A DNA stretch of 64,000 nt from Squalus acanthias (Eukaryota). The stretch is from NCBI GenBank assembly GCA_030390025.1, contig CM059431.1, forward strand, positions 129,644,001 to 129,708,000, written 5' to 3'. A program made the translations under genes and the position numbers. This document shows positions 50,470 through 61,782 of this stretch, piece after piece. The notes under the pieces were generated by a model, which ran no database searches, was not told the origin of the DNA, and saw nothing but the letters and a program-made list of their open reading frames with translations. Position 1 is the first letter of the stretch. Each line of letters begins with the position of its first letter.

Positions 50470-50869
50470 GTTGTTTCTGAAAGTGTTAATTCGACAGCAG
50501 AAAGTGTGCTAAATGTGGACCTCTATGGGAATGTTTTGTGCACTTACTAGTGCTTAACTGCTTAAACTCCATCTGCAAGACATCATACATTTTTCTATAT
50601 CACTGGTTCCAACATGGGCAATGCCTTTTGGCTGATCTTGTTTTCTTTCTTAAGTTTATCCACCCATTCTGTGAGGTCCTTCACCCGGTCATCAGGGAGA
50701 CAACATACCATTCGGGATTCAGTCATGATAGCAAAAAAGGCTATTTATGCCCTTGACTATGGAATCTTCCACTACTGCCACTCTTTTAATCCTGCCTCTT
50801 ATCCCTTTGGGTAGTGCTATAATGTTGTTCCGGACCAACCTCATAATTGTCCAACACCAAATATATATT

Positions 50870-51443
50870 AAATAAAATCAGAAAATGCTGGAAATACTCA
50901 GCAGGTCAGGCAGCATCTGTGGAGAGAGAAACAGAGTTAACGTTTCAGGTCGATGACCCTTCATCAGAACTGGAAAAAGCTGGAGGTGGAACAGGTTTTT
51001 AAGCAAGTGCAGGGGCAGGGAAAGGGGGGAGAGGAGGAAAGAACAAAAGGGAAGGTCTGTGATAGGATGGAAGGCAGAAGAGATTAAGAGACGTTAAGAG
51101 AGATTAAGAGATGGTGCAAGGCAAAAGGAGATGGTAATGGGACAAGTTAAGAAACAAAAGATGGCTCTAGATGAAGTGTAAATGGCACTGGCAGAATGAA
51201 GGACAGCTGCCATGTGGGAGAGAGAAATAAATAAATAAATGAATAAATGGGGGGGAAAAAAGGATAGGGGCAGAGGTTATGGTCTGAAATTGTTGAACTC
51301 TATGTTGAGTCCAGAAGGCTGTAAAGTGCCTAATCGAAAGATGAGGTACTGTTGCTCAAGCTTACGCTGAGCTTCATTAGAACAGTGTAAGAGGCCGAGG
51401 ACGGTGAGGTCTGAGTGGGAGTGGAGCGGAGAATTAAAGTGAC
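50870..51443 (-). mobile_element. Penelope-like 3' fragment
   Basis: Minus strand encodes a GIY-YIG C-terminus (RKLEQQYLIFRLGTLQPSGLNIEF), followed by a hammerhead motif. Confidence 0.85.
50935..50971 (-). ncRNA. Minimal type I hammerhead ribozyme
   Basis: AGTT-CTGATGA-A-GGGTC-ATC-GACCT-GAAA-CGTT-AACT with palindromic AACGTT stem III. Confidence 0.85.
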
Positions 51444-52269
51444 CAAATATATATTGGATAGTTCCAATAACTCAGAGGTTTCTTGAACCAAACAATACTG
51501 TCTTCCTCTGCTGCTCCTGCCCATGGTCACCCACTTCTCCCTTTCTACATATTCCATATTCTGTAGTGTCTAGCACTGCCTCTTAGGCAACCAAATTCTG
51601 GAAAGTACAATCCAACAACATTTCAACCCATCTAATGCTGTGAAGTATGTCCAATTGCTGCTCAAGCAGAGATTCTCTGCTGAAGACTCAATTTTCTGTT
51701 TCTTAGTGCAAGTGTGGGGCAGGCTTGGTGGTCTTTTCCTGTGCGTCATTTTTGTATGTTCATGATGGCTTCGAAATTCGGGAGCACCCATTTTTGCGCT
51801 CAAGGTCCTTTCAAGATTTCGCTCTTGTTTCTAAACTCTCTCTCATAATCAATGTAATTTTGAAGGTATTGTACCCACTACTGAATATTATACCAAGGTA
51901 AAATTATCCATTTTGACTCATATGATCTCCATAAGCATCCCAATATATGATTAACCTTGTCAATAATGTATGGACAGAATTTATACTTTGTGAATGATTT
52001 TTAACTTCAATCAACTTCCTAAAGGGCCTCCATTCATAATAATGGCAATTCCTCTACCAAAATTGGTTACCATAGTTTAATGAATATTAAAATCCACCAT
52101 CCATTTAACATTTAAAGGGTTCTGTTATAACAACCCTTCTGTTGTATCTGGTGCTCTTTGTATGTATAGTTAAAAATACCCTGACCTCAAATAAAAATGA
52201 ATCAATGGCATAACTCAAAGCATAAAAATGGGGTTTTGAGTGAAGGTTTTCTGTAGTTGGTGGATAGAT

Positions 52270-52600
52270 CCTTGGGGAATTACTGACATGGGCAGAGAAG
52301 TCATTGTTGGAGATGCTCTGGTTACCATTGGATAGGCAAGAGTGGAGCAAGTGAGGGCAGTCCCAGAGCTGGACAACAAAGGAGAAGTGTTGGTAGATGA
52401 TGGTGTGTTCAACTGAATCAAAGGCTGCAGAGATGTCATGAAGGATGAGGAGGGATTGTGCACCCCAGTCACAATCACGGAGGATGTAATTTGTGACTTT
52501 AATTAGGGCCATTTCAATGCTGTGGCAACGGAGGAAACCTGATTGAAGAGATTCAAACAAGGAGTTGCATGAAAAATAGGCATGGATTTGGGAGACAACA
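52270..52600 (-). mobile_element. L2 RT fragment
   Basis: FESLQSGF...ALIKVTN...DISAAFD. Confidence 0.8.
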
Positions 52601-52607
52601 ATACATA

Positions 52608-53313
52608 GGGGGAGAAATTCATTATAACCCTGTTTGGGGCGCTAACTTTTAAAAGTTGAGAAAATTAGCATCAGGCACTAACGTTTCTAAACTTCTAAAA
52701 AATTTGGTTTTGCGCTCCAGGAAGGAAATGGAGCGCTAAATCAAGCGCTCCACTTCCTTCTTGGAGCGCAATCGGCAGCAGGCGGGGCGGAGACTTCAGC
52801 AGTGCTGCAAACTGGGCCGTGCAGCGCTGCCGCGTTCAAAGGCTCCTTCCCTCCCTTAAAGGGAAGGGCCATCGCTGCAGGCTCTGCAATAGAAAAAGTA
52901 CCTACCTGGACCACCAAAGCAGCCGTGATTGTGCGCGGTCAGCCCGGCACTCAGGAACCCCCAAAAAAAACTGGAACAAGAAAGGTAAGTGTTTATTTTA
53001 CTTACCTCGGCCACCTCGTCTATAATCATCGCCCCCGAAGCGGCCGGCCGCCCGATGCACACCTCCTGCAGCTGTCGGTGCGTTCGACCGGCACTGCTGC
53101 AGGGGGCGGAAGTCAATTTCGGGTCCGGGGCACTACCGGGGCAATGCGCATGGCGCTGACGTCACAATCTCCGGGTGAAGGAGGTCAGGGCGTAACACCG
53201 TAGCACCGCTGCAAAACTCCCTCCCAATATGACGGGAGTCGATGTCAGCACTGCACCCGGTCGCAAAGCGGGGACGCTAACGGGAGGTGCAAAGGCACCC
53301 AATTTCGCCCCCC
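52608..53313. mobile_element. Harbinger MITE related to H7
   Basis: TIRs GGGGGAGAAATT / AATTTCGCCCCCC with ATA flanks; the first 140 bp or so resemble 55853-55995. Confidence 0.85.
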
Positions 53314-53940
53314 ATAGAATCATACAGCACAGAAGGAGGCCATTCAGCCCATCGTGCATGTGCCGGCTCTTTGAAAGAGCTGTCCAAATAGTTCCATGCC
53401 CCTGCTCTTTCCCTATAGCCCTGCAATTTTATTTCAAGTATATCCAATTCCCTTTTGAAAGTTACCATTGAATCTGCTTCGACCACCCTTCCAAGCAGTG
53501 CATTCCAGATCATAACTTGTTGCATAAAAAAAAAAAATTCTCATCTCCCCTCAGGTTTTCTTGCCATTAACTTAAATCTGTGTCCTCTGGTTACCAATAC
53601 CCCTGCCAGTGGAAACAGTTTCTCCCTATCTGCCCTATCAAATCCTTTAATCATCGTAAACACCTCAATTAGATCACCCCTTAATCTTCTATATTCAAGG
53701 TAGAAGCTTAGTCTATGCAACCTGACTTATAATTTAATCCTTTTAGCCCCGGTATCATTCTGGTGAATCTGCACTGCACCCCCTCCAAGGCCAATATATC
53801 CTTCCTGAGGTGCGGTACCCAGAACTGAATGCAGTACTCCTGATGGGGTCAAGCCGGAGCTCTGTACAGGTGTAACAACTTCCATCCCCTTGTATTCCGG
53901 CCCACTTTAGATAAAGGCCAGCATTCCATTAGCCTTTTAA
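53314..53940 (-). mobile_element. CR1 3' fragment(s)
   Basis: CR1 tail and degenerate C-terminal coding sequence. Confidence 0.75.
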
Positions 53941-53964
53941 ATTAATTTAACATCCCTCTCCACT

Positions 53965-54930
53965 TAACTGAAAAAGAAGGAATCGCCACAGAAGAATTGT
54001 TGCAGCCAAAAGAGGATACACACCTCATCTTGCCCTGATGTCAAATCAGCTCTACTGGGCTGGTTGAAGTGCACTAGAGCAGCTAACCTTCCTGGGCTAT
54101 CAGACCTCACCTTTCTAGAAAACGCAAACAAATTTGCCAAATAATTTTGAACCAACCCGTTTCCGCTTCATGGTTCAGCCGCTTCAAAAACAGCAATCAA
54201 ATCCAGGTCCATATATTTGGCAAATTATGTTCCCACAGAAATCAGCAGCAACTGGGTGAGCGATAAAACTCCTGAAATGTTATTTGTTTTAAGACCAGAA
54301 GACATCTTTAATACTGATGAAACTGTTGCCTTTTCAAAAGAGAGCTGAACCAAGCTACACCAAAGGAGAACATTAACTTTCATGATTAAAAAAAAACCTT
54401 GAACCAAAAGCTGGCCAGCTATTTTGTCGTAATTTCTACCAGCATAACTAGAACATAAAAGCTGTTGCTGATTGCAAATTTTATAAAACCTCCAATATTT
54501 TCATAAGTTTGTAACTTTCTGTAACCTACAGAAACTAAAAAGTTGTGGATAACTGGTGCACCTTTAAGAATGGCTGTTTTAATTTGACCAAAGCATGGCA
54601 GCGTAAGGCAGAATAATCATGATTTGCTATTTGTGGGACTCAAAGTGTCTGCATCTAATTTGGGATGCTACGAATATTTTTACTACCAAAAATGACATCT
54701 ATGATCCAGCCAACAGATGCTGGTGTGATTTATGCTATGAAACACCAGTACAAGTGTTTGGTGTGAAGTCATTGCTTTGCAATGAAGTATCTGATCCACG
54801 ATGCAGAAACAGGTTGGCACACCCTTTTTGTTGGATGATTTTTGATGGATGTTCTGCAGGCAATCCTTGTGATCGTGGGAGGAGCTGACAGCAAAATTCA
54901 TTGCCAACTGCTTTTGGCAAAGTAAATTCA
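53965..54930 (+). pseudogene. pogo/Tigger transposase remnant
   Basis: Fragments read PDVKSALLGW (CENP-B-like HTH), WFSRFK, DIFNTDET and MTSMIQPTDAGVI. Confidence 0.8.
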
Positions 54931-56205
54931 TTCCACCAGAGGAAATTGCTGCATCTGACAGTCAAGAATCTCCCACAGGCACTAGAGGCCAACTCTGAAG
55001 TAGCAAACATGAGCAAATAAGTTCTTTGCCAAGAGAGGAGGTTTGAAATCAGCCAACGTTGAGTCTTGATGTCAGGTTTACTAAGCAACAGAAATTGTTT
55101 GTGCTGTATGGAAGGATGCTACCATGAGTGGGAATGAAATTAATAAATATAACTGAAAAGGAACTAGCCCCACCATGACCACAGCATCCAACTGTGCAAA
55201 ATGGCTGAGGTAACAAACCTGATGTCACAATGGACTTTTCTGTTACAGAGTAAAGAACTTTATGAACAAAAGTGCAGGAAACAAACAACAATCAGAATTT
55301 TAACTGCTCATCTATTTCATTGCTGTTTGTAGGATCTTGTATGCAAATTGGCTGATGCATTTCCGTACAGTGACTACACTTTAAAAGTACTTCAGGATAT
55401 TCCACAGCACATCACAGCCAACAAAGGTATGCAACGTGCAATATAAATGCTATTTTGTTGTTTCTTGTATAGTGCTCAAGTTTTGATCACATGCATTTCA
55501 ATCATTTTTTTAAATAGTGTCCTTGTAATTTTGTATGGTGTTTCATTAGCATTATTACATTTTCACTAAAGAGTAATTGGAATGTCTTTGAAGCAAAAGT
55601 TAAGATTAGGTGGTGCATTAAGATATAATTAAGACTACACCCCTATGGATTAAAACAGTAACAGGATAGATTCCAGAATAACTTTCAGAAGTGGGGTTAT
55701 CAGGGCAAGCATGCATAAACCAACATAATATGTGAAAATGTAATTGAAATAAGCATTGAGGTGGGTTGTGGTTCATAAATGGAACAATTAGAACTTTTAC
55801 ACACCAAAGACTTACGTTCAGGATATGCCAATACTGAGCCATTAAATACTTAGGGGGAGAAATTCAGTATAGCCCAGGAATGGGCGGTAACTTTTGAAAA
55901 GTTTGAGAATTAGCGCCAGGGGCTAATGCTTCAGACTGCATGCAAAATTCAGTCTCATTGCACAAAAAAAGGATTGGAGCGCTAAATCAAGTGCTAATGG
56001 TCTAGCTCAGTGGCGTTAAACTCAAAGCGCTGACCAATATCAGGTGCAGTCTAATCACAAGTCATCATTGCCACAGGCTCATTCCAGTTCTTAAAGGGGA
56101 GGTTCATTGATGCTGCAGAACTCCATTCTCATCATTGCTGGCTGTGCAGCCGTCTCAGCCAGCAGGTTAAGGAGAAGGTGCCGGACAACTCAAGCAGCCA
56201 TAATG

Positions 56206-58093
56206 ATGGCAGATCCACGCCCCAGGGAGAGAGCACGCAGATTCTGCGACCATACATTGGAGGCGTTGGTGTTCGCAGTGGAAAGACGGAGGGCAGTCCT
56301 CTACCCGGCAAATGGCAGGAAGCCCTCACCACAAGTCTTCCGCACCATGGGGAGGGAGGTAGCCCAGCATGTCTCGGGCAGCACTGTGGTCCCCAGGACC
56401 CACACACAGTGCAGGAAGAAATTCAATGACCTCACTCGGGTGGTCAGGGTGAGTCAGTGCTTCAACAAATGCTACTTACCACCATCTGAACCACAGTCTG
56501 CACACACTGCCCAAAGCACTATACCCCCTGCACTCACCCACCAACAATCTCTACCTACCAACACTCACACCCACATCTCACACATTGCACACAATGACAG
56601 CTATTCAACTATGGCAGGCAAATCACCCAAACACATTGCTCCACGCTCACTCACACACTTTCCTTTCTCTTGCAGGCCAAGGTGGCTCACAACAGGAGGG
56701 AGCAGGAGCACACAGGCGGGGTCAAGCCGATACCCAAGCACTGTCTGAGCTAGAGACTCAAGTGCTGCAAATTATTGGGCACCAGGCGGTGGGCGCCGTG
56801 GCCACCGACGGCGTTGACCCCCCTGGGGACAACAACGGTATGTTCATCCCTACTCCTCCTTCTCACATCGCACTTTGCCCTCACCCCACAAGTCTTTCGC
56901 ATTTTCCAGCTAATCATGCTCTATGCATGCATTTCTCCCTTCCTGCCCCCTCTCCTCACCTTAACCCGAATCTTTTGCCTTTATGCTTTCAGATAATGAG
57001 CAAGCACCTGAGCAGCCACTCCCTGAGGGTACCGTTGAGAGCGAGGCGGGAGATGAGGAGGAGGAAGAAGACACCGCGTCACTGCATGTCTCACCCGCAG
57101 GCACCAACTCAGATACTGGCACTACGTGCTCTTTGGAGGCTAGTATAGTAGCGGGATCTGCACAGGGTGATGCACTGGGGACAAAAAGGCTGCAGCAAGG
57201 CCAGGGGGAAAGGGTAGCTCGGGAGCCAGCTCCCCGGAGGGCGAGTTCGTGCGCGAGTTCTGCTGCACAGGACTCAGATGAGGACCTCGATGGGGATGCC
57301 TTTAGAAGAAGGGTGATGGGCATGCACACAGAGATGATAGGTGCAATGACAAGGGTGCCCGAGAGCCTCTCAGCAATGGTAAAGAGCAAGGAGGAGTCCA
57401 CCTCCAACATTGCACAAAGCTCTGCGCACACCATGGAGCCCATCATTTCCAGTCTGCAAAGGATGGTAGACTCCCAGAGAGACCGTGGCAACCCAGACCT
57501 CATGCCGCATGTGATGGGCGATCTGGCAGCTTGCATTGCAGCACAGGCGGAAGCAATGTAACGTCTTAGTGGTGTAATGCAGTCTATGCTTGGTAGCATT
57601 CAATCTCAGACTGCTTGATACAATGCAAGCTCTGACTGTAGCCATCGTGGCTGAGTCTACCATCGTCAACCGGGGCTTTCACAGTGTCGCAGCAGGCCAG
57701 CAATCTGTGCTACAACAGATTGCTAGGGATGCTGAGGTTCTGCACCGGGGGAGTGGCAGTGGGTCAGTGGAGCAAGAAGTTGCTGTCCTCTCTCAGGATG
57801 ACAGCATTCCTGCTCCCACCACTGCCACTCTGCCATTGCCCTTGTCACTGCCTGTCATCAAGCCAGCCCAGACTGCTGCCGCCCATGCTGAGGTGGTGCA
57901 GTCTACAGCCGGGACTTCCAGGCCCAGAGCTGGTCAAGGGCGTCCTGCAAGGCCATCTGAAGTCTCCCGCACGGACACTCAGCAGCCTTCCACCAGCTGT
58001 GCTGCAGCCATTGGGCCAACACTTCGTAGGAGCACTAGAGTAGGCAATGGCACAGTAACGAGAGCCACGAAGGGATTCCACAAGGGTAAATAG
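56206..58093 (+). pseudogene. Harbinger Myb/SANT-like gene (H7); exons 56206-56448, 56676-56837, 56993-58093
   Basis: RERARRFCDHTLEALV...RTHTQCRKKFNDL; frameshift in exon 2 and a stop at 57559. Confidence 0.88.
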
Positions 58094-58256
58094 GTAATAT
58101 TGTTGTTGCAAATATGTGTTCAGTGATTATTGATAAATTTATTAATTCAGTTTGGATTATTTTGTGGTGTCTCATTTCAGCTTTGCGCTGTGATATGGCC
58201 TGCGACAGGGATGGAATGATGGGAATGTGGTGAGCAACAGGGATCTGGGGCTTAAG

Positions 58257-61228
58257 TTATTGGAACCACAGTCTGATGAGGCGATCATGGATCACCCTTC
58301 CGGAAGGCCGATTGAATGGCTGCCTCCTCCCTCGCTCCTGTTCCTCCTCCTTGTCCCCCTCGTCTTCCTCTTCCTCCTCGTTCTCCTCCTCACCCTCTTC
58401 CTCTTCCTGAGGTGGTCCCACAATCCCTGGTGACAAGGGCTGGGCCCTCATGATGGCCAAGTTGTGGATCATGCAGCAGACCACAACAAAATGGGATACC
58501 CGCTCAGCCAAGTACTGCAGGTCTCCTCTCCTCTGCAGCAGAACCATTGCTTGAGCACCCCGAATGTCTGCTTGAAGATGTTCCTGGTGACGGCATGGCT
58601 CTCATTATTTGAATGCTGGGCAGGAGTGTTGGGGTTACGGAGGTGAGTCATGAGCCAGGTGGAGAGCGGATAGCCCTTGCCTCCGATCAGCCAGCCGCGA
58701 GCTTGACGTGAATGGTGGTGGACCATTAAACAACTAACGGGAGGAGGAGGCTCCATGAATATCCTCATCCTCAATGATGGTGGAGCCCAGCACGTGAGTG
58801 CAAAAGACAAGGCTGAAGCGTTTGCAACCATCTTCAGTCAGAAGTGCCGAGTGGATGATCCATATCGGCCTCCTCCTGCGCTCCACACCATCACAGAAGC
58901 CAGTCTTCAGCCAATTCGATTCACTCCACGTGATATCAAGAAACGGCTGAGTGCACTGGATACAGCAAAGGCTATGGGCCCTGACAACATCCCGGCTATC
59001 GTGCTGAAGACTTGTGCTCCAGAACTAGCTGTGCCTCTAGCCAAGCTGTTCCAGTACAGCTACAACACTGGCATCTATCCGACAATGTGGAAAACTGCCC
59101 AGGTGTGTCCTGTCCACAAAATGCAGGACAAATCCAGTCCAGCCAATTACCGCCCCATCAATCTATTCTCAATCATCAGCAAAGTGATGGAAGGTGTCAT
59201 CGACAGTGCTATCAAGCAGCACTTACTCACCAATAACCTGCTCACTGATGCTCAGTTTGGGTTCCGCCAAGACCACTCGGTTGCCGACCTCATTACAGCC
59301 TTGGTCCAAACATGGAAAAGGAAGCTGAATTCCAGAGGTGAGGTGAGAGTGACTGCCCTTGACATCAAGGCAGCATTTGACCGAGTGTGGCATGAAGGAG
59401 CCCTCGTAAAACTGAAGTCAATGGGAATCGGGGGGAAAACTCTCCACTGGCTGGAGTCATACATAGCACAAAGGAAGATGGTTGTGGTGATTGAAGGTCA
59501 ATCATCACAGCCCCAGGACATCGCTGCAGGAGTTCCTCAGGGCAGTGTCCTAGGCCCAACCATCTTCAGCTGCTTCATCAATGACCTTCACTCCAACATA
59601 AGGTCAGAAATGGGGATGTTCACTGATGACTGCACAGTGTTCAGTGCCATTCACAACTCCTCAGATAATGAAGCAGTCCATGCCCGCATGCAACAAGACC
59701 TGGACGATGTTCAGGCTTGGGCTGATAAGTAGCAGGTAACATTCACACCACAGAAGTGCCAGGCAATGACTATCTCCAAAAGCGAGAGTCTAAACACCGC
59801 CCCTTGACATTCAATGGCATTACCATCACTGAACCCCCCACCATCAACATCCTGGGGGTCACCATTGACCAGAAACTTAACTGGACCAGCCACATAAATA
59901 CTGTGGCAACAAGAGCAGGTCAGAGGCTAGGTATTCTGCAGCGAGTGTCTCACCTCCTGACTCCCCAAAGCCTTTCTACCATCTACAAGGCACAAGTAAG
60001 GAGTTTGACGGAATACTCTCCACTTCCCTGGATGAGTGCAGCTCCAACAACACTCAAGAAGCTCAACATCATCCAGGACAAAGCAGCCCGCTTGATTGGC
60101 ACCCCCTCTACCACCTTAAACGTCCACTCCCTCCACCACCGGCGTACCGTGGCTGCAGTGTGTACCATCTACAAGATGCACTGCAGCCACTCGCCAAGGC
60201 TTCTTCGGCAGCACCTCCCAAACCCGCGACCTCTCCCACCTAGAAGGACAAGGGCAGCAGACGCATGGGAACACCACCACCTCCAAGTTCCCCTCCAAGT
60301 CACACATCATCCTGAAGTATATCGCCGATCCTTCATCGTCGCTGGGTCAAAATCCTGGAACTTCCTACCTAACGGCACTCTGGGAGTACCTTCACCACAC
60401 GGACTGCAGTGGTTCAAGAAGGCGGCTCACCACCACCTTCTCAAGGGCAATTAGGGATGGCCAATAAATGCTGGCCTTGCCAGCGACACCCACATCCCAT
60501 AAACGAATAAAAAAAAGTGCTGGCACACCGGTCTGGCGCAGGATGAAGGCATCGTGGCTGCTGCCAGTATAGCGGGCATTCCCATTGAGGATTCACTGTC
60601 TGTGGTTGCACGCCAACTGGACATTAAGTGAATGATAGCCTTTGAGGTTACAGAAGATCTCAGGATTGTTATGCGGTGCCCGCAAAGCCACGTGGGTGCA
60701 GTCAATGGCGCCCTGCACCATGGGGAATCCCGCTATCCTGGTAAAGCCACATGCACGTTTGTCCTGCTTCACTCTGGTGATGGGGAAGGAAATGTAATTC
60801 CTTCTCCTACTGTAGAGAGCCTCTGTGACTTCCCGGATGCAGCGATGGACAGCGAACTGCGAGATGTTAGCTATATCTCCTGTTGCAGACTGGAAGGATC
60901 CGCTGGTGAAGAAATTGAGGGCGACGGTGACCTTGACTGCTACTGAGAGAGCTGTGGTCGCCCTGATCTGAGGCTCGGGGTCTGGTTGCAGGAGGTGGCA
61001 GAGTTCTGTGACCATCTCCTTGCTGAAGCGGAGCCTTCTAATACACTGCTTCTCACTTAATTGGAGGTAGGAGAAGTGCTCTCGGATTATCCTCAGAGGG
61101 TAAGGCCTCCTGTTGAGAGCCCTCATGGCCCTTCTCCCTGTGGCAACATGTTCCAATCTTTCTCGCTGCTTCCACTCCCTCCGCCATAGATCTTGGAGGG
61201 CGAGGTCGACTGCCAGTACAGCCCCCAT
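58257..61228 (-). pseudogene. HARBI1-like transposase (H7), split by a LINE
   Basis: N-terminal part 60517-61228 (GAIDCTH); C-terminal part 58257-58710 ([14 protein letters not shown]). Confidence 0.9.
58711..60516 (+). mobile_element. 5'-truncated non-LTR retrotransposon (clade not determined)
   Basis: RT motifs LDIKAAFD, GVPQGSVLGP, FTDD; AATAAA and poly(A) 3' end. Confidence 0.92.
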
Positions 61229-61782
61229 TAATGTAATGTAGCACTTTGATATGTTGTGAGAATAAATGTAACTAATTGTTAGTAGCCACAACACTCCTGA
61301 TACTAATCAAACTTTAAATGACTGAATTAAACTGTTGCACAATATCAAACTGACAAGGAAGCAGTGAAACAGCACTAACATGATAGCTGCGACTCATTAC
61401 TCATGATCCCTTTAAGTAGCGCCCCTGGAGCCGGCATCTGCCTGCTTGACACCTCCTCTCCCTGTCGCTGTCGAGGCGAGGCACTAAGGCAGGGGGGCGA
61501 CAATGAATTTTGCAGATCGGGCGCCCAGTGAGCGTTGCACGCCTGGCGCCAAGGTCCCTGGTGGTAATTCATAGCGCCGGCGCTACGGGGGGCCAGATTT
61601 GGCATGTGTCACTGGATTCACCTTGCCCCGGTGCTACTGCATCAGTGCCCCGGCGCTACTGCATCAGTGCCCCCGCCAGGCGCTAACTAGAGGCACTAAC
61701 CAACTGAATTTTTCTCCCTTAGTATATTAGAGCTGATTAGTACTCAGTATGCTACTAAAATCAGACTATGTGTATTGTATTG

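Larger units (their letters stand above)
55853..61718. mobile_element. Harbinger H7 (full layout, LINE inserted in the transposase)
   Basis: TIRs 14/16 identical (GGGGGAGAAATTCAGT vs GGGAGAAAAATTCAGT) and canonical TTA TSD. Confidence 0.93.

Noticed and set aside
51570..51830. Minus-strand ORF with an NLS-like stretch as a host exon
   Set aside because: No recognisable domain and no convincing splice sites.
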